Shown: positions 21,471 through 33,700, counted from the first letter of the stretch. The stretch is DNA of 64,000 bases from an uncultured Actinomycetota bacterium (GCA_963706475.1 CAVPLV010000001.1:145129-209128); one strand, 5' to 3'. Numbers and translations: made by a program. The notes: generated by a model not told the origin, from the sequence alone.

Positions 21471-21543
21471 TGCCCCCGGCAGGATTCGAACCTGCGGCAC
21501 CTGGTACCGGAAACCAGTGCTCTATCCCCTGAGCTACGGAGGC
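21471..21543 (-). tRNA. tRNA-Arg (anticodon CCG); CCA not encoded
   Basis: Reverse strand GCCTCCGTAGCTCAGGGGATAGAGCACTGGTTTCCGGTACCAGGTGCCGCAGGTTCGAATCCTGCCGGGGGCA folds as a cloverleaf; divergent from argS. Confidence 0.96.
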
Positions 21544-21707
21544 AATGCTGCCGCGACGAGACCGCCGTCGCAGTGGCTGCGCGTCACCCTACAGGCGACG
21601 TGCAGGGGTGGTGCAATCGGCCCAGCCGGTCGTGGGGTCGGAGGTGGGGCCATCCCACAGCAGATATCGATGCGGGGGCCGGGACCGTGCGCCGATACGC
21701 TGGGGGA

Positions 21708-23375
21708 GTGACTCCCGAGCAGCTCTCCGCCGCGATCGTCGACCTCCTGACGACGCTGTCCGCCGATGGTGCGATCACCCTCCCGGACGGTGTCCCCACG
21801 AGCGTGACGGTGGAACGACCCCGGCAGAAGGGCCACGGCGACTACGCCACCAACGTGGCACTCCAGCTGGCCAAGAAGGCGCAGATGAACCCCCGCGACT
21901 TCGCGACCCTGGTGCAGCAGGGCCTCGAGCAGAGCGACGGCATCGCCGCGGTCGAGATCGCCGGACCGGGCTTCCTCAACATCACCGTGGCGGCCGACGC
22001 CCAGGGGCTGGTCGCCGCGCAGATCGTCGACGCGGGTGCGGCGTACGGCGGCAGCGACGCGTTCGCCGGCGAGAAGATCAACCTCGAGTTCGTCTCCGCC
22101 AACCCGACCGGTCCGATCCACATCGGTGGGGTCCGCTGGGCCGCCGTCGGGGACGCGCTCGGCCGGATCTTCGAGACGACGGGCGCGCAGGTCACTCGGG
22201 AGTACTACTTCAACGACCACGGCGCCCAGATCGATCGCTTCAGCCGGTCGCTGCTGGCCAGCGCGAAGGGTGAGCCGGCACCGGAGGACGGGTACGGCGG
22301 CGCCTACATCCACGAGATCGCGGCCGACGTCGTGGCCAAGACCCCCCAGGTCAAGGAGCTCTCCGACGCCGAGGCGCAGGAGGTCTTCCGCGCCGAGGGC
22401 GTCGAGATGATGTTCGAGGAGATCAAGCAGAGCCTGCACGACTTCGGGGTCGACTTCGACGTCTACTTCCACGAGAACAACCTGCACAGGAGCGGCGCGG
22501 TCGACCGCGCCATCGCCCGGCTCACCGAGATGGGCAACACCTACGAGCAGGACGGCGCCCTGTGGTTGCGCACCGAGCAGTTCGGTGACGACAAGGACCG
22601 GGTGATCATCAAGTCCGACGGGGAGGGCGCCTACATCTCGGGTGACCTCGCCTACTACCTCGACAAGCGTGAGCGCGGCTTCGACCGCTGCCTGATCATG
22701 CTCGGCGCCGACCACCACGGCTACGTCGGCCGGATGAACGCGATGTGTGCGGCCTTCGGTGACGAGCCGGGCAAGAACCTCGAGATCCTGATCGGCCAGA
22801 TGGTCAACCTGCTCCGGGACGGCCAGCCGCTGCGGATGTCCAAGCGCGCCGGCACCGTCGTCACCATCGACGACCTGGTCGAGGCGATCGGCAACGACGC
22901 TGCCCGCTACGCGCTGACCCGCTACAGCTCGGACTCCAACATCGACCTCGACCTCGACCTGTGGGCGAGCCAGTCCAACGACAACCCCGTCTACTACGTG
23001 CAGTACGGCCACGCCCGCACCTGCCGGATGATGGCCAACGCGACTGACCTCGGCATGTCGCTGCCCGACGACTTCGACCCGTCGCTGCTCTCGCACGAGA
23101 AGGAGCGAGACCTGTTGCGCGCCTTGGCGGAGCTCCCGCGGGTGGTTGCCAGCGCAGCGGAGCTGCGGGAGCCGCACCGGGTCGCGCGCTACCTCGAGGA
23201 CACGACCGCGGTCTTCAACCGGTGGTACGACACCCGCGAGTGCCGGATGCTCCCGCAGGGCGACGAGCCGGTCACCCCGGTCAACGAGGCACGCCTGGTG
23301 CTGGTCGCGGCCGCTCGCACCGTGCTCGCCAACGGCCTCACGCTGCTCGGCGTCTCGGCGCCCGAGCGGATGTGA
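21708..23375 (+). CDS. argS: Arginine--tRNA ligase
   Basis: [44 protein letters not shown]. Confidence 0.98.
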   Translation: MTPEQLSAAIVDLLTTLSADGAITLPDGVPTSVTVERPRQKGHGDYATNVALQLAKKAQMNPRDFATLVQQGLEQSDGIAAVEIAGPGFLNITVAADAQGLVAAQIVDAGAAYGGSDAFAGEKINLEFVSANPTGPIHIGGVRWAAVGDALGRIFETTGAQVTREYYFNDHGAQIDRFSRSLLASAKGEPAPEDGYGGAYIHEIAADVVAKTPQVKELSDAEAQEVFRAEGVEMMFEEIKQSLHDFGVDFDVYFHENNLHRSGAVDRAIARLTEMGNTYEQDGALWLRTEQFGDDKDRVIIKSDGEGAYISGDLAYYLDKRERGFDRCLIMLGADHHGYVGRMNAMCAAFGDEPGKNLEILIGQMVNLLRDGQPLRMSKRAGTVVTIDDLVEAIGNDAARYALTRYSSDSNIDLDLDLWASQSNDNPVYYVQYGHARTCRMMANATDLGMSLPDDFDPSLLSHEKERDLLRALAELPRVVASAAELREPHRVARYLEDTTAVFNRWYDTRECRMLPQGDEPVTPVNEARLVLVAAARTVLANGLTLLGVSAPERM

Positions 23376-23379
23376 CCCG

Positions 23380-24789
23380 ATGAGTCACGAAGCCGGTTGG
23401 GCGCACGCGCCCGGAGCCCTGCGCGGACCCGCGTGGCTGCGCGAGCCCGCCGATCCCAACGCCCTGGTGCCGCACCTGTGGTCCTCGACCGCGCAGAAGG
23501 TCGACGGACTCCTGCACGTCGGGGGCCTCGCGGTCGCTGACCTGGTGGCCGAGCACAACACCCCGGCGTACGTGCTCGACGAGGCGGACTTCCGGATGCG
23601 CGCCCGCGCGTTCCGCGACGCGTTCTCGTCGTACGACGTCTTCTACGCCGGCAAGGCCTTCCTCTCCACCGCCGTCGCCCGCTGGGTGGACGAGGAAGGG
23701 CTGTGCCTCGACGTCTGCTCCAACGGCGAGCTGACCGTGGCGCTGCGAGCCGGCTTCGAGCCGTCCCGGATCGGCTACCACGGCAACAACAAGACCGTGA
23801 CCGAGCTGCGTCGGGCCGTCGTCGCCGGGGTCGGCCGGATCGTCGTCGACTCCTTCGACGAGATCGACCGGCTCGCGATGATCACCGCAGAGCTGGCGCC
23901 GGAGACCGGTCCCGCGAGGGTGATGGTCCGGGTGACCGCCGGTGTCGAGGCGCACACCCACGAATACATCGCGACCGCCCACGAGGACCAGAAGTTCGGG
24001 TTCTCGATCACCAACGGCCAGGCCATGGAGGCCGTCCGCCGGGTGCGGGCCGTCCCCGGTCTCGAGCTGCTCGGCCTGCACTCCCACATCGGCAGCCAGA
24101 TCTTCGACTCCTCGGGCTTCGAGGTCGCCGCTCGACGGGTGCTCGCCCTGCAGGCACAGATCTCCGAGGAGCTCGGGGTCACGCTGCCCGAGATGGACCT
24201 CGGCGGCGGCTTCGGCATCGCCTACACGACGCAGGACGACCCGGCCGAGCCCGCGCAGCTGGCGAACGAGATGACCAAGATCGTCGAGCACGAGTGCCGG
24301 GCGCTCGGCATCCCGGAGCCGCGCCTCTCGATCGAGCCCGGGCGCGCGATCGTCGGCCCGTCGATGTGCACCGTCTACACCGTCGGCACCGTGAAGTCGG
24401 TCCAGCTCGACGGCGGCGCCGTACGCACCTACGTGTCGGTCGACGGAGGGATGAGCGACAACATCCGCACCGCCCTCTACGACGCCGACTACTCCTGCAC
24501 CCTCGCCTCCCGCGCCTCCGAGGCTCCCTCGACCCTGGCCCGGGTCGTCGGCAAGCACTGCGAGGCCGGCGACATCGTGGTCAAGGACGAGTTCCTCCCG
24601 ACCGACATCGCGCCCGGCGACCTGGTCGCGGTGCCGGGCACCGGTGCCTACTGCCGGTCGATGGCTTCGAACTACAACCACGCGCTGCGCCCCCCGGTGG
24701 TCGCGGTGCGGGACGGGGTCGCGCGCGTCGTCGTGCGCCGCGAGACTGAGGACGACCTCTTGGCAACGGACATGGGTGATGCACAGTGA
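23380..24789 (+). CDS. lysA: Diaminopimelate decarboxylase
   Basis: FYAGKAF, HGNNK, HIGSQIF, EPGRAIV, GKHCEAGD, GAYCRSMASNYN. Confidence 0.97.
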   Translation: MSHEAGWAHAPGALRGPAWLREPADPNALVPHLWSSTAQKVDGLLHVGGLAVADLVAEHNTPAYVLDEADFRMRARAFRDAFSSYDVFYAGKAFLSTAVARWVDEEGLCLDVCSNGELTVALRAGFEPSRIGYHGNNKTVTELRRAVVAGVGRIVVDSFDEIDRLAMITAELAPETGPARVMVRVTAGVEAHTHEYIATAHEDQKFGFSITNGQAMEAVRRVRAVPGLELLGLHSHIGSQIFDSSGFEVAARRVLALQAQISEELGVTLPEMDLGGGFGIAYTTQDDPAEPAQLANEMTKIVEHECRALGIPEPRLSIEPGRAIVGPSMCTVYTVGTVKSVQLDGGAVRTYVSVDGGMSDNIRTALYDADYSCTLASRASEAPSTLARVVGKHCEAGDIVVKDEFLPTDIAPGDLVAVPGTGAYCRSMASNYNHALRPPVVAVRDGVARVVVRRETEDDLLATDMGDAQ

Positions 24790-26084
24790 GTGAGGGCGAC
24801 AAGCGGTTGCGGGTGGCGGTGCTGGGCTGCGGCTCGGTGGGCTCCCAGGTGGTGCGACTGCTCGGCGAGCAGTCCGACGACCTCGCGGCGCGGGTGGGTG
24901 CTCGTGTCGAGCTGGTCGGGGTCGCCGTACGGCGCCTCGACGCGGCCCGTGAGGTCGAGGTGCCCGAGGGGCTGCTGACCACCGACGCGCTCGGCCTGGT
25001 GACCCGTGACGACGTCGACCTGGTGGTCGAGGTGATCGGCGGCATCGAGCCGGCCCGGGGCCTGATCCTGGCCGCGCTGGACAACGGCGCCTCGGTGGTG
25101 ACCGCCAACAAGGCGCTGCTCGCCGAGGACGGCCCGACCCTCTTCGAGGCTGCGGAGAAGGCCGGTCGCGACCTCTACTACGAGGCCGCCGTCGCCGGCG
25201 CGATCCCGATCCTGCGACCACTGCGCGAGTCCCTCGCCGGCGACAAGGTCACCCGGGTGCTCGGCATCGTCAACGGCACCACCAACTTCATCCTCGACAA
25301 GATGGACACCTCCGGGGCCGGGTTCACCGAGGCGCTCGAGGAGGCGCAGGACCTGGGCTACGCCGAGGCCGACCCCACCGCCGACGTCGAGGGCTTCGAC
25401 GCCGCGGCGAAGGCCGCGATCCTCGCGTCCCTGGCCTTCCACTCCCGCGTCACCGCCGCCGACGTGCACCGTGAGGGCATCGCGGAGGTCACCGCTGCCG
25501 ACGTGCAGTCGGCCCGTGAGATGAACAGCGTGGTCAAGCTGCTCGCGATCTGCGAGCTGCGCGACGACGCCGTGTCGGTGCGCGTGCACCCGGCGATGAT
25601 TCCCCGCTCACACCCGCTGGCGTCGGTGCGGGGGGCCTACAACGCGGTGTTCGTGGAGTCCGAGGCCGCCGGTCAGCTGATGTTCTACGGTCCTGGTGCC
25701 GGTGGCTCGCCGACCGCGTCCGCGGTGCTCGGCGACCTGGTGACCGTGGCCCGCAACCGGCTGGCCGACACTCGCGGGGCGGGTGAGTCGGCGTACGCCG
25801 ACCGCGCCGTGCTCCCGATGGGCGAGACGCTCACCCGCTACCACGTCGCCATCGACGTGGACGACCGCGTCGGCGTGCTGGCCGCGGTCGCCACCGCCTT
25901 CACCGAGCAGGGCGTGTCGATCCAGACCGTTCGCCAGGAGGGTCGCGGCGCCGACGCCCAGCTCGTCGTGGTCTCCCACGAGGCGAGCGACGCTCAGCTG
26001 AGCGCCACTGTCGACCACCTGCGCAACATGGACATCGTCCGCGAGGTCACCTCGGTGATGCGTGTCGAAGGAGTCACCGAATGA
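24786..26084 (+). CDS. hom: Homoserine dehydrogenase with ACT domain
   Basis: [54 protein letters not shown]. Confidence 0.97.
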   Translation: MSEGDKRLRVAVLGCGSVGSQVVRLLGEQSDDLAARVGARVELVGVAVRRLDAAREVEVPEGLLTTDALGLVTRDDVDLVVEVIGGIEPARGLILAALDNGASVVTANKALLAEDGPTLFEAAEKAGRDLYYEAAVAGAIPILRPLRESLAGDKVTRVLGIVNGTTNFILDKMDTSGAGFTEALEEAQDLGYAEADPTADVEGFDAAAKAAILASLAFHSRVTAADVHREGIAEVTAADVQSAREMNSVVKLLAICELRDDAVSVRVHPAMIPRSHPLASVRGAYNAVFVESEAAGQLMFYGPGAGGSPTASAVLGDLVTVARNRLADTRGAGESAYADRAVLPMGETLTRYHVAIDVDDRVGVLAAVATAFTEQGVSIQTVRQEGRGADAQLVVVSHEASDAQLSATVDHLRNMDIVREVTSVMRVEGVTE

Positions 26085-27181
26085 CCGTCCAGCCGACCCT
26101 GCGCCGTACCCATCAGTGGCGTGGGGTGATCGAGGAGTACCGCTCGCTGCTGCAGATCCCCGAGGGCACCGTCGCGGTGACGCTGCGCGAGGGCGGGACG
26201 GCGCTGGTGCACTCCGACTGGCTGTCCGGCCTGACCGGTGCCGAGGTGTGGCTCAAGGTCGAGGGCGACAACCCGACCGGGTCCTTCAAGGACCGCGGCA
26301 TGACCGCGGCGATCTCGGTCGCCAAGCACGAGGGCGCGGCCGCGGTCGTCTGCGCGTCCACCGGCAACACCTCCGCCTCGATGGCGGCGTACGCCGCCAA
26401 GGCCGGACTCAAGCCGCTGGTGCTGGTGCCGGAGGGCAAGATCGCTGCCGGCAAGATGGCCCAGGCGATCCTGCACGGCGCCCAGGTGATCATGGTGCGC
26501 GGCAACTTCGACGACTGTCTCGGCCTGGCCAAGGGCCTGTCCTGGGACTACCCGGTCGCGCTGGTCAACTCGGTCAACCCGGTGCGTCTCGAGGGGCAGA
26601 AGACCGCCGCGTTCGAGATCGTGGATTTCCTCGGTGACGCCCCCGACTACCACCTGCTGCCGGTCGGCAACGCCGGCAACATCTCGGCCTACTGGCTCGG
26701 CTACACGCAGTACGCCGACCTCGGCCTGGCCACTCGCACCCCGGTGATGCGCGGCTTCCAGGCAGCCGGCGCCGCCCCGCTGGTGACCGGGGAGCCGTTC
26801 CCCGACCCCGAGACCCGCGCCACCGCGATCCGGATCGGGAACCCCGCGTCCTGGAAGCTCGCCGAGGCGGCCCGCAACGAGTCGGCCGGACGGTTCGCCG
26901 CGGTCAGCGACGACCAGATCCTGGCCGCGCAGCGAGACCTGGCCACCCGCGACGGCGTCTTCGTGGAGCCGGCCTCGGCCGCCGGGGTTGCCGGCATGCT
27001 CCAGGAGCTGGCGGCGGGGGAGTCCTACCGCGGCAAGACGGTGGTGATCACCGTGACCGGTCACGGGCTCAAGGACACCGTGACGGCGCTCGAGGGCTAC
27101 GCCGAGAGCGGTCAGAGCATCGTCGACACGGTGGTCGAGGCAGACGTCGCGGCCGCGGCCGCTGCCGCCGGGCTCGCCTGA
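26081..27181 (+). CDS. thrC: Threonine synthase
   Basis: [40 protein letters not shown]. Confidence 0.97.
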   Translation: MTVQPTLRRTHQWRGVIEEYRSLLQIPEGTVAVTLREGGTALVHSDWLSGLTGAEVWLKVEGDNPTGSFKDRGMTAAISVAKHEGAAAVVCASTGNTSASMAAYAAKAGLKPLVLVPEGKIAAGKMAQAILHGAQVIMVRGNFDDCLGLAKGLSWDYPVALVNSVNPVRLEGQKTAAFEIVDFLGDAPDYHLLPVGNAGNISAYWLGYTQYADLGLATRTPVMRGFQAAGAAPLVTGEPFPDPETRATAIRIGNPASWKLAEAARNESAGRFAAVSDDQILAAQRDLATRDGVFVEPASAAGVAGMLQELAAGESYRGKTVVITVTGHGLKDTVTALEGYAESGQSIVDTVVEADVAAAAAAAGLA

Positions 27182-27184
27182 ACG

Positions 27185-28081
27185 ATGGCGACCTTCGTCC
27201 GCGGACCGGTCCAGGTGACCGTGCCCGCCACCTCGGCCAACCTCGGACCCGGCTTCGACTCCCTGGGGCTGGCGCTCTCGTTGCACGACCACCTCGAGGC
27301 CGAGGTCATCGACTCCGGGCTGCAGGTCGAGGTCGAGGGTGCCGGCGCGGACGACGTACCCCGTGACGAGCGGCACCTCGTGGTCCGCTCGATGCGGGCG
27401 GGCTTCGAGCTGCTCGGGGCCGCACCGTCCGGCCTGCGGCTCACCTGCCACAACGTGATCCCGCACGCGCGCGGCCTCGGCTCGTCGTCGGCCGCGATCG
27501 TCGCCGGGGTCGTGCTGGCCCGTGGCCTGGTGGCAGGGGGCACAACGCTGGTCGACGACGACGCGCTGTTCCAGCTCGCGGCGCGCCTCGAGGGCCACCC
27601 GGACAACGTCGCACCCGCCTTCTACGGCGGTTTCACCATCTCCGGTCACGAGGACGGCTTCTACTCCGTCGCCTCGCCGGTCGACCCGCGGGTCGAGGCG
27701 GTCGTCTTCGTGCCGCCCACCCCGGTGGCCACCGAGGTCGCGCGGGGGCTGCTGCCCGACGTCGTACCCCATCGGGACGCGGCGGCCGATGCCGGACGTA
27801 CGGCGCTGCTGGTCGCTGCCCTCGCCGGTCAGCCCGAGCAGCTGTGGCGGGCGACCCGCGACTACCTGCACCAGGACTACCGGCGTCCGGCGATGCCGGA
27901 GTCGCTGGCCCTCGTCGACGCGCTGCGGGCGGACCGGGTCCCGGCGATCGTCTCCGGCGCCGGCCCGACGGTGCTGGCGTTCACCGACGTTGCCGGGGCC
28001 CATGCCCTGCTGGGTCGCTGCCCGACGGGCTGGGTGGCCCATCACCTGCGAGTCGACCAGGTCGGTGCCCGGATCGGTTGA
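27185..28081 (+). CDS. thrB: Homoserine kinase
   Basis: PATSANLGPGFDSLG, PHARGLGSSS, EGHPDN, SGAGPT. Confidence 0.97.
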   Translation: MATFVRGPVQVTVPATSANLGPGFDSLGLALSLHDHLEAEVIDSGLQVEVEGAGADDVPRDERHLVVRSMRAGFELLGAAPSGLRLTCHNVIPHARGLGSSSAAIVAGVVLARGLVAGGTTLVDDDALFQLAARLEGHPDNVAPAFYGGFTISGHEDGFYSVASPVDPRVEAVVFVPPTPVATEVARGLLPDVVPHRDAAADAGRTALLVAALAGQPEQLWRATRDYLHQDYRRPAMPESLALVDALRADRVPAIVSGAGPTVLAFTDVAGAHALLGRCPTGWVAHHLRVDQVGARIG

Positions 28082-28292
28082 CCGGGTGGTATCTTCGAAT
28101 TGCGCTGGATCTCCGGCGTGGCACGGCTGATATCCACATCAGCATCGTGCACCGCTTTCTCCCTCAGGTGCGGTCTCCACTCGCACTCCGCCAGTTGGTG
28201 TCGTCGCGGAGCACGCCCCCGGTGAGAAGGCAATGACCAGAAGCCGACGGCTGCGGCCGGACCGGCACTGATACGTGCGAAGGACTCCCCAC

Positions 28293-30237
28293 GTGACGGA
28301 CACCATCGAACCCACCACCGCTGCTCCGGCCTCGGCCAAGAAGCGCGGCGGCGGGCTCAACTCCATGCTGATCGCCGACCTGAAGGCGATGGCCGGCGGC
28401 ATGGGCATCTCGGGCGCAGGCTCGATGAAGAAGGCGCAGCTGATCGAGGCGATCAAGGCCGGCCAGTCCGGTGGGTCGACCAAGCCGGCGACCAGCACCG
28501 CTCCCCGGGTCCAGCAGACCCGCCGGGCCGATCGGGGCGCGAAGGCGGCCGCACCGGTCGCGACCGAGCCGGTCGCGACCGCAGCCGGTCGCGACCGAGC
28601 CGGCCCAGCCCGACAGGGCCCAGCCCGAGAAGCCCCAGCCGGAACAGCCCCAGCCGGAACAGACGGAGCAGCAGCCACGCGCCGAGCGTCGTCCCGAGAA
28701 GCGTCGCGACGAGCAGCCGGAGCGCGAGCCCCAGGACCGTGCCAAGCAGGACCGCCCGCAGGATCGCCCCCAGGACCGCAACCAGGGTGGGCGCGGCAAC
28801 CAGCAGGACCGCAACCAGGGGGAGGCGAAGGACCAGGCCAAGGACCGCAACCAGGGTGGGCGCGGCAACCAGCAGGACCGCAACCAGCAGGACCGCAACC
28901 AGGGTGAGGCCAAGGACCGCAACCAGAGCCCCAACCCCGGCCAGAACACCGGCCAGGAGACCGCGGACGGCGACGACCAGGACGGAGACGGCACCCGGCG
29001 CAACCGTCGGCGTCGCGGCCGCGACCGGGACCGCCAGCCCCGCCAGCCCGGCACCACCAGCGGCGGCGGCCAGCGCAACGAGCCGGACACCACCATCCTC
29101 GAGGACGACGTCCTGGTGCCCGCCGCGGGCATCCTCGACGTGCTCGACAACTACGCCTTCGTCCGGACCAGCGGCTACCTCCCTGGCACCGACGACGTCT
29201 ACGTGTCGCTCTCGATGGTCCGCAAGTTCGGCCTGCGCCGCGGCGATGCCGTCGTCGGTCAGGTGCGCCAGCCTCGTGAGGGGGAGCGCAAGGAGAAGTT
29301 CAACCCGATGGTCCGCATCGAGAGCGTCAACGGCGCTGATCCCGAGACGGTCAAGAGCAGGGTCGAGTTCGCCAATCTGACGCCCCTCTACCCCTCGGAG
29401 CGACTTCGTCTCGAGACCGGTCCGGACAACCTGATCGGCCGGGTCATCGACATCGCCGCACCGATCGGCAAGGGCCAGCGCGGCCTGATCGTCTCGCCCG
29501 CCAAGGCGGGCAAGACGATGATCCTGCAGTCGATCGCGAACTCCATCACCTCCAACAACCCCGAGTGTCACCTGATGGTGGTGCTGGTCGACGAGCGTCC
29601 CGAGGAGGTCACCGACTTCGAGCGCTCGGTCAAGGGCGAGGTCATCTCCTCGACCTTCGACCGGCCCGCGAGCGATCACACCATGGTCGCCGAGCTGGCC
29701 ATCGAGCGCGCCAAGCGACTCGTCGAGCTCGGTCACGACGTGGTGGTCCTGCTCGACGGGATCACCCGCCTCGGGCGCGCCTACAACCTCTCCACCCCGG
29801 CCAGCGGCCGGATCCTCTCCGGTGGCGTCGACTCGGCTGCGCTCTACCCGCCCAAGAAGTTCTTCGGTGCTGCGCGCAACATCGAGGACGGCGGTTCGCT
29901 GACCATCCTCGCGACCGCGCTGATCGAGAGCGGCTCGAAGATGGACGAGGTGATCTTCGAGGAGTTCAAGGGCACCGGCAACATGGAGGTCCGGCTGCGC
30001 CGCGACTTCGCCGACAAGCGGATCTTCCCCGCGATCGACGCCGTCCAGTCCGGCACCCGTCGTGAGGAGCTGCTCATCGGCGAGGGCGAGCTGGCGATCG
30101 TCTGGCAGCTGCGCCGGGTGCTCGCCGGCCTCGACGGCCAGCAGGCGCTCGAGCTGCTGCTCGGCCGGCTGAAGAAGTCCCAGACCAACATCGAGTTCCT
30201 GATGCAGGTGCAGAAGTCCGCTCCCACGGTGGACTGA
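28293..30237 (+). CDS. rho: Transcription termination factor Rho (one apparent +1 frameshift near 28582)
   Basis: N-terminal [30 protein letters not shown] in the frame of ORF 28275; core [35 protein letters not shown] in the frame of ORF 28471; extra C in the second copy of the 15-bp repeat ccggtcgcgaccgag. Confidence 0.93.
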
Positions 30238-30298
30238 GCACGCCGGCCCTCGGGGGCACCACTAGGCTTCGACCGCACCGCCGGGGAAGGGGACTGAC

Positions 30299-30670
30299 GT
30301 GGCTCGGATTCTGGTCGCGGATGACGACATCGATATCCGCGAGCTCGTGGAGTTCAAGCTGTCGACCCTCGGTCACGAGGTGGTCGCGGTTCCCGACGGT
30401 GCCGCGGCGATCGATGCCTGCCTCGCGCAGCGTCCCGACCTGGCCGTCCTCGACGTGATGATGCCCGGGGTGTCCGGACTCGACGCGATCCGGGCGATCC
30501 GGGCCGATCCGGCACTCGCCGACCTGCCGGTCATCCTGCTCACCGCCCGTGCCCAGGAGGCCGACGTCGAGACCGGTTTCGACTCCGGCGCGGACGACTA
30601 CATCACCAAGCCGTTCAGCCCGCGCGAGCTGGCGTCGCGGGTCGAGGCCCTGCTCAGCCGATCGGGCTGA
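30299..30670 (+). CDS. Single-domain response regulator (receiver only)
   Basis: [27 protein letters not shown]; no output domain. Confidence 0.92.
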   Translation: MARILVADDDIDIRELVEFKLSTLGHEVVAVPDGAAAIDACLAQRPDLAVLDVMMPGVSGLDAIRAIRADPALADLPVILLTARAQEADVETGFDSGADDYITKPFSPRELASRVEALLSRSG

Positions 30671-30739
30671 GCGGCCGCGTCCCGGCGGGAATGCCAGCGA
30701 TTACCGCTGCGTTGGCACACATGACACAATTGTGTGCTG

Positions 30740-30785
30740 GCTCCGGTTCACGCTGACCTCGCAAGGGAGGAAGCGACCCGGCCGC
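30740..30785 (+). ncRNA. Putative L31 (rpmE) ribosomal leader RNA, Actinobacteria type
   Basis: ccggttcacgct...agcgacccgg stem with internal loop directly upstream of the rpmE RBS; resembles the recalled actinobacterial L31 leader motif (not searched). Confidence 0.55.
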
Positions 30786-30800
30786 CGATGAGAGGACACC

Positions 30801-31025
30801 ATGAAGAAGGACATCCACCCCGAGTACGTCGACACCCAGGTCACCTGCACCTGCGGCGCGTCGTTCGTGACCCGCAGCACTGTGACCTCGGGCGCCATCA
30901 AGTCCGACGTCTGCTCGCAGTGCCACCCGTTCTACACCGGCAAGCAGAAGATCCTCGACACCGGCGGCCGCGTGGCCCGCTTCGAGGCCCGCTACGCCAA
31001 GAAGGCTGCCGACGCCAAGAAGTAG
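30801..31025 (+). CDS. rpmE: 50S ribosomal protein L31 (Zn-binding, C+ type)
   Basis: [33 protein letters not shown]. Confidence 0.98.
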   Translation: MKKDIHPEYVDTQVTCTCGASFVTRSTVTSGAIKSDVCSQCHPFYTGKQKILDTGGRVARFEARYAKKAADAKK

Positions 31026-31032
31026 CTTCGAT

Positions 31033-31071
31033 CGAGCGCCGGTCCCTGCCACGTGCGGGGACCGGCGCTCG
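31033..31071 (+). terminator. Hairpin after rpmE
   Basis: cgagcgccggtccc / gggaccggcgctcg 14-bp stem followed by tgattt. Confidence 0.7.
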
Positions 31072-31117
31072 TGATTTGTCCGGACCCCTTCCGCTTGACC
31101 GGCACCCAGGAGCCCTG

Positions 31118-32191
31118 ATGTTCGAGGCAGTCGAAGGCATGCTCGCCGAGCACGCAGAGATCGAGCAGCGACTCGGTGCCCCCGAGACGCACGCCGACGC
31201 CCGGTTGGCCAAGCAGCTCAACCAGCGCTATGCCGCGCTCTCCTCGATCATCGCTGCCTGGCGTGACTGGCTGCAGCTCGGCGACGACGTCGAGGCGGCC
31301 CGCGAGCTCGCCCAGGAGGACCCGACCTTCGCCGAGGAGGCCGAGGCGCTCGTTCCGCGGCTCCACCGCGCGGAGGAGCGGCTCCGACGGCTCCTCGTCC
31401 CGCGTGACGAGACCGACGACAAGGACGCGATCCTCGAGCTGAAGTCCGGCGAGGGCGGCGAGGAGTCCGCGCTGTTCGCCGGCGACCTGCTCCGGATGTA
31501 CACCCGCTACGCCGAGGCTCGCGGCTGGAAGGTCGAGGTGCTCGACGCCGCGGAGTCCGACCTCGGCGGCTACAAGTCCGTGACGGTCGCCGTGAAGGCC
31601 AAGGGCACCCCCGAGCCGGGCACGGCGCCGTACGCACTGCTCAAGTTCGAGGGCGGTGTCCACCGGGTCCAGCGAGTGCCGGTCACCGAGTCCCAGGGCC
31701 GGGTGCACACCAGCGCCGCCGGTGTCCTGGTCTTCCCTGAGGCGGAGCAGCTCGACGTGCAGATCGACGACAACGACCTGCGCATCGACGTCTACCGCAG
31801 CAGCGGCCCGGGCGGGCAGAGCGTCAACACCACCGACTCGGCGGTGCGGATCACGCACGTGCCGACCGGCATCGTCGCGAGCTGTCAGAACGAGAAGAGC
31901 CAGCTGCAGAACCGTGAGCAGGCGATGCGGATCCTGCGGGCCCGGATCCTGGCCGCCGCCCAGGAGAAGGCCGACGCCGAGGCCGGCGAGGCGCGCCGCA
32001 GCCAGGTGCGCACGGTCGACCGCTCCGAGCGGATCCGCACCTACAACTTCCCGGAGAACCGGATCTCCGACCACCGCACCGGCTACAAGTCCTACAACCT
32101 CGACCAGGTGCTCGACGGCGACCTCCAGCCGGTCCTGGACTCCTGCATCGAGGCCGACCTGGCCACCCGGCTCGAGGCGCTCGAGCAGTGA
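31118..32191 (+). CDS. prfA: Peptide chain release factor 1
   Basis: [21 protein letters not shown] (PVT), [17 protein letters not shown]. Confidence 0.98.
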   Translation: MFEAVEGMLAEHAEIEQRLGAPETHADARLAKQLNQRYAALSSIIAAWRDWLQLGDDVEAARELAQEDPTFAEEAEALVPRLHRAEERLRRLLVPRDETDDKDAILELKSGEGGEESALFAGDLLRMYTRYAEARGWKVEVLDAAESDLGGYKSVTVAVKAKGTPEPGTAPYALLKFEGGVHRVQRVPVTESQGRVHTSAAGVLVFPEAEQLDVQIDDNDLRIDVYRSSGPGGQSVNTTDSAVRITHVPTGIVASCQNEKSQLQNREQAMRILRARILAAAQEKADAEAGEARRSQVRTVDRSERIRTYNFPENRISDHRTGYKSYNLDQVLDGDLQPVLDSCIEADLATRLEALEQ

Positions 32192-33036
32192 TCGGTCGTC
32201 GCACGGCCCTGCGGGACGCCACCGAGGTGCTGCGGGCCGCTGGTGTGGCCAGCCCCGAGAACGACGCTGCCGAGCTCCTGTCGCACGTGCTGGGCACCAC
32301 CCGGTCCCAGCTGGTGCTCGTGGAGGACGTCGCGTCATCCGCCCTCGACGAGTACGACGCACTGATCGCCCGCCGGGCCGCCCGCGAGCCGCTGCAGCAC
32401 CTCACCGGCACCGCCTACTTCCGCCACGTCGAGCTGGCGGTCGGTCCGGGGGTCTTCGTGCCCCGGCCCGAGACCGAGCTGCTGGCCGGCTGGGCGATCG
32501 ACGAGTGTCGCCGGTGGGCGGACGGGGCGCCCGTCGTGGTCGACCTGTGCACCGGGTCAGGTGCTGTTGCCAAGGCGATCGCCGACGAGGTGCCGGCAGC
32601 CTCGGTGCACGCGGTCGAGCTCGACGAGCCGGCGTACCGTTGGGCGGTGCGCAACCTCACCGGCACCGGGGTCGACCTGCGCCAGGGCGACATGGCCACG
32701 GCGTTCGACGACCTGGCCGGACTCGTGGACGTGCTCACCTGCAACCCGCCGTACATCCCGCTCGAGGCCTGGGAGTCGGTCGCTCCCGAGGCACGCGACC
32801 ACGACCCCCACCTGGCGCTCTTCTCCGGCGCCGACGGGCTGGATGCGATCCGGGTGCTCGAGCAGCGCGCGGCCGTGCTCCTCAGGCCCGGGGGAGTGGT
32901 CGGCTTCGAGCACGCCGACGTGCAGGGGGGCTCGGCGCCGGCCACCTTCGCCGCGTCCGGTCGCTGGGTCGACGTACGCGACCATCCCGACCTGGCAGGT
33001 CGTGCGCGCTTCACCACGGCCCGACTGGCACGATGA
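32188..33036 (+). CDS. prmC: Release factor glutamine methyltransferase
   Basis: [29 protein letters not shown]. Confidence 0.96.
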   Translation: MIGRRTALRDATEVLRAAGVASPENDAAELLSHVLGTTRSQLVLVEDVASSALDEYDALIARRAAREPLQHLTGTAYFRHVELAVGPGVFVPRPETELLAGWAIDECRRWADGAPVVVDLCTGSGAVAKAIADEVPAASVHAVELDEPAYRWAVRNLTGTGVDLRQGDMATAFDDLAGLVDVLTCNPPYIPLEAWESVAPEARDHDPHLALFSGADGLDAIRVLEQRAAVLLRPGGVVGFEHADVQGGSAPATFAASGRWVDVRDHPDLAGRARFTTARLAR

Positions 33037-33040
33037 CCTC

Positions 33041-33700
33041 GTGAGCGAGCGCTACCCGACCGGGACCGACGAGGAGCGGGAGACCGCTGTGGACGCGGCG
33101 ACCGTGGCCGTCCAGCGAGGCGGACTGGTCGTGATCCCGACCGACACCGTCTACGGCATCGGCGCCGATGCCTTCGATCCGGCTGCGGTGAACGGCCTGC
33201 TCGCCGCCAAGGGACGCGGACGGGAGATGCCACCGCCGGTCCTGATCAGCTCCGCCACCACCCTGGACGCCCTCGCGGTCCGGGTGCCGCGCTGGGCGCG
33301 CACCCTCGTCGAGGAGTTCTGGCCCGGGCCGCTGACCTTGGTCTGCCACCAGCAGACCTCCCTGCAGTGGGACCTCGGCGACACCCGCGGCACGGTCGCG
33401 GTGCGGATGCCCGACCACGAGGTCGCCCTGGAGATCCTCGAACGCACCGGCCCGCTGGCTGTCAGCTCGGCGAACAAGACCGGGCAGCCCGCCGCCACCG
33501 ACGCCGACCAGGCCGTCGAGATGCTCGGCGACGACGTGGACGTGATCGTCGACGCAGGGGAGTCCCCGGGTGGTCAGGCCTCCACGATCGTCGACGCCAC
33601 CGGCGAGAAGGGACGCATGCTGCGCCGCGGGGCGATCTCGCTCGAGGACCTCAACGCCGTGCTCGAACCTCTCGGGTCGATGATCACCGACGAGGTCTGA
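33041..33700 (+). CDS. tsaC: L-threonylcarbamoyladenylate synthase (Sua5/YrdC)
   Basis: [36 protein letters not shown]. Confidence 0.93.
   Translation: MSERYPTGTDEERETAVDAATVAVQRGGLVVIPTDTVYGIGADAFDPAAVNGLLAAKGRGREMPPPVLISSATTLDALAVRVPRWARTLVEEFWPGPLTLVCHQQTSLQWDLGDTRGTVAVRMPDHEVALEILERTGPLAVSSANKTGQPAATDADQAVEMLGDDVDVIVDAGESPGGQASTIVDATGEKGRMLRRGAISLEDLNAVLEPLGSMITDEV

Noticed and set aside
21411-21543. tRNA-Arg as an integration site for an island
   Set aside because: No integrase, no duplicated tRNA 3' end seen, and no obvious compositional shift.
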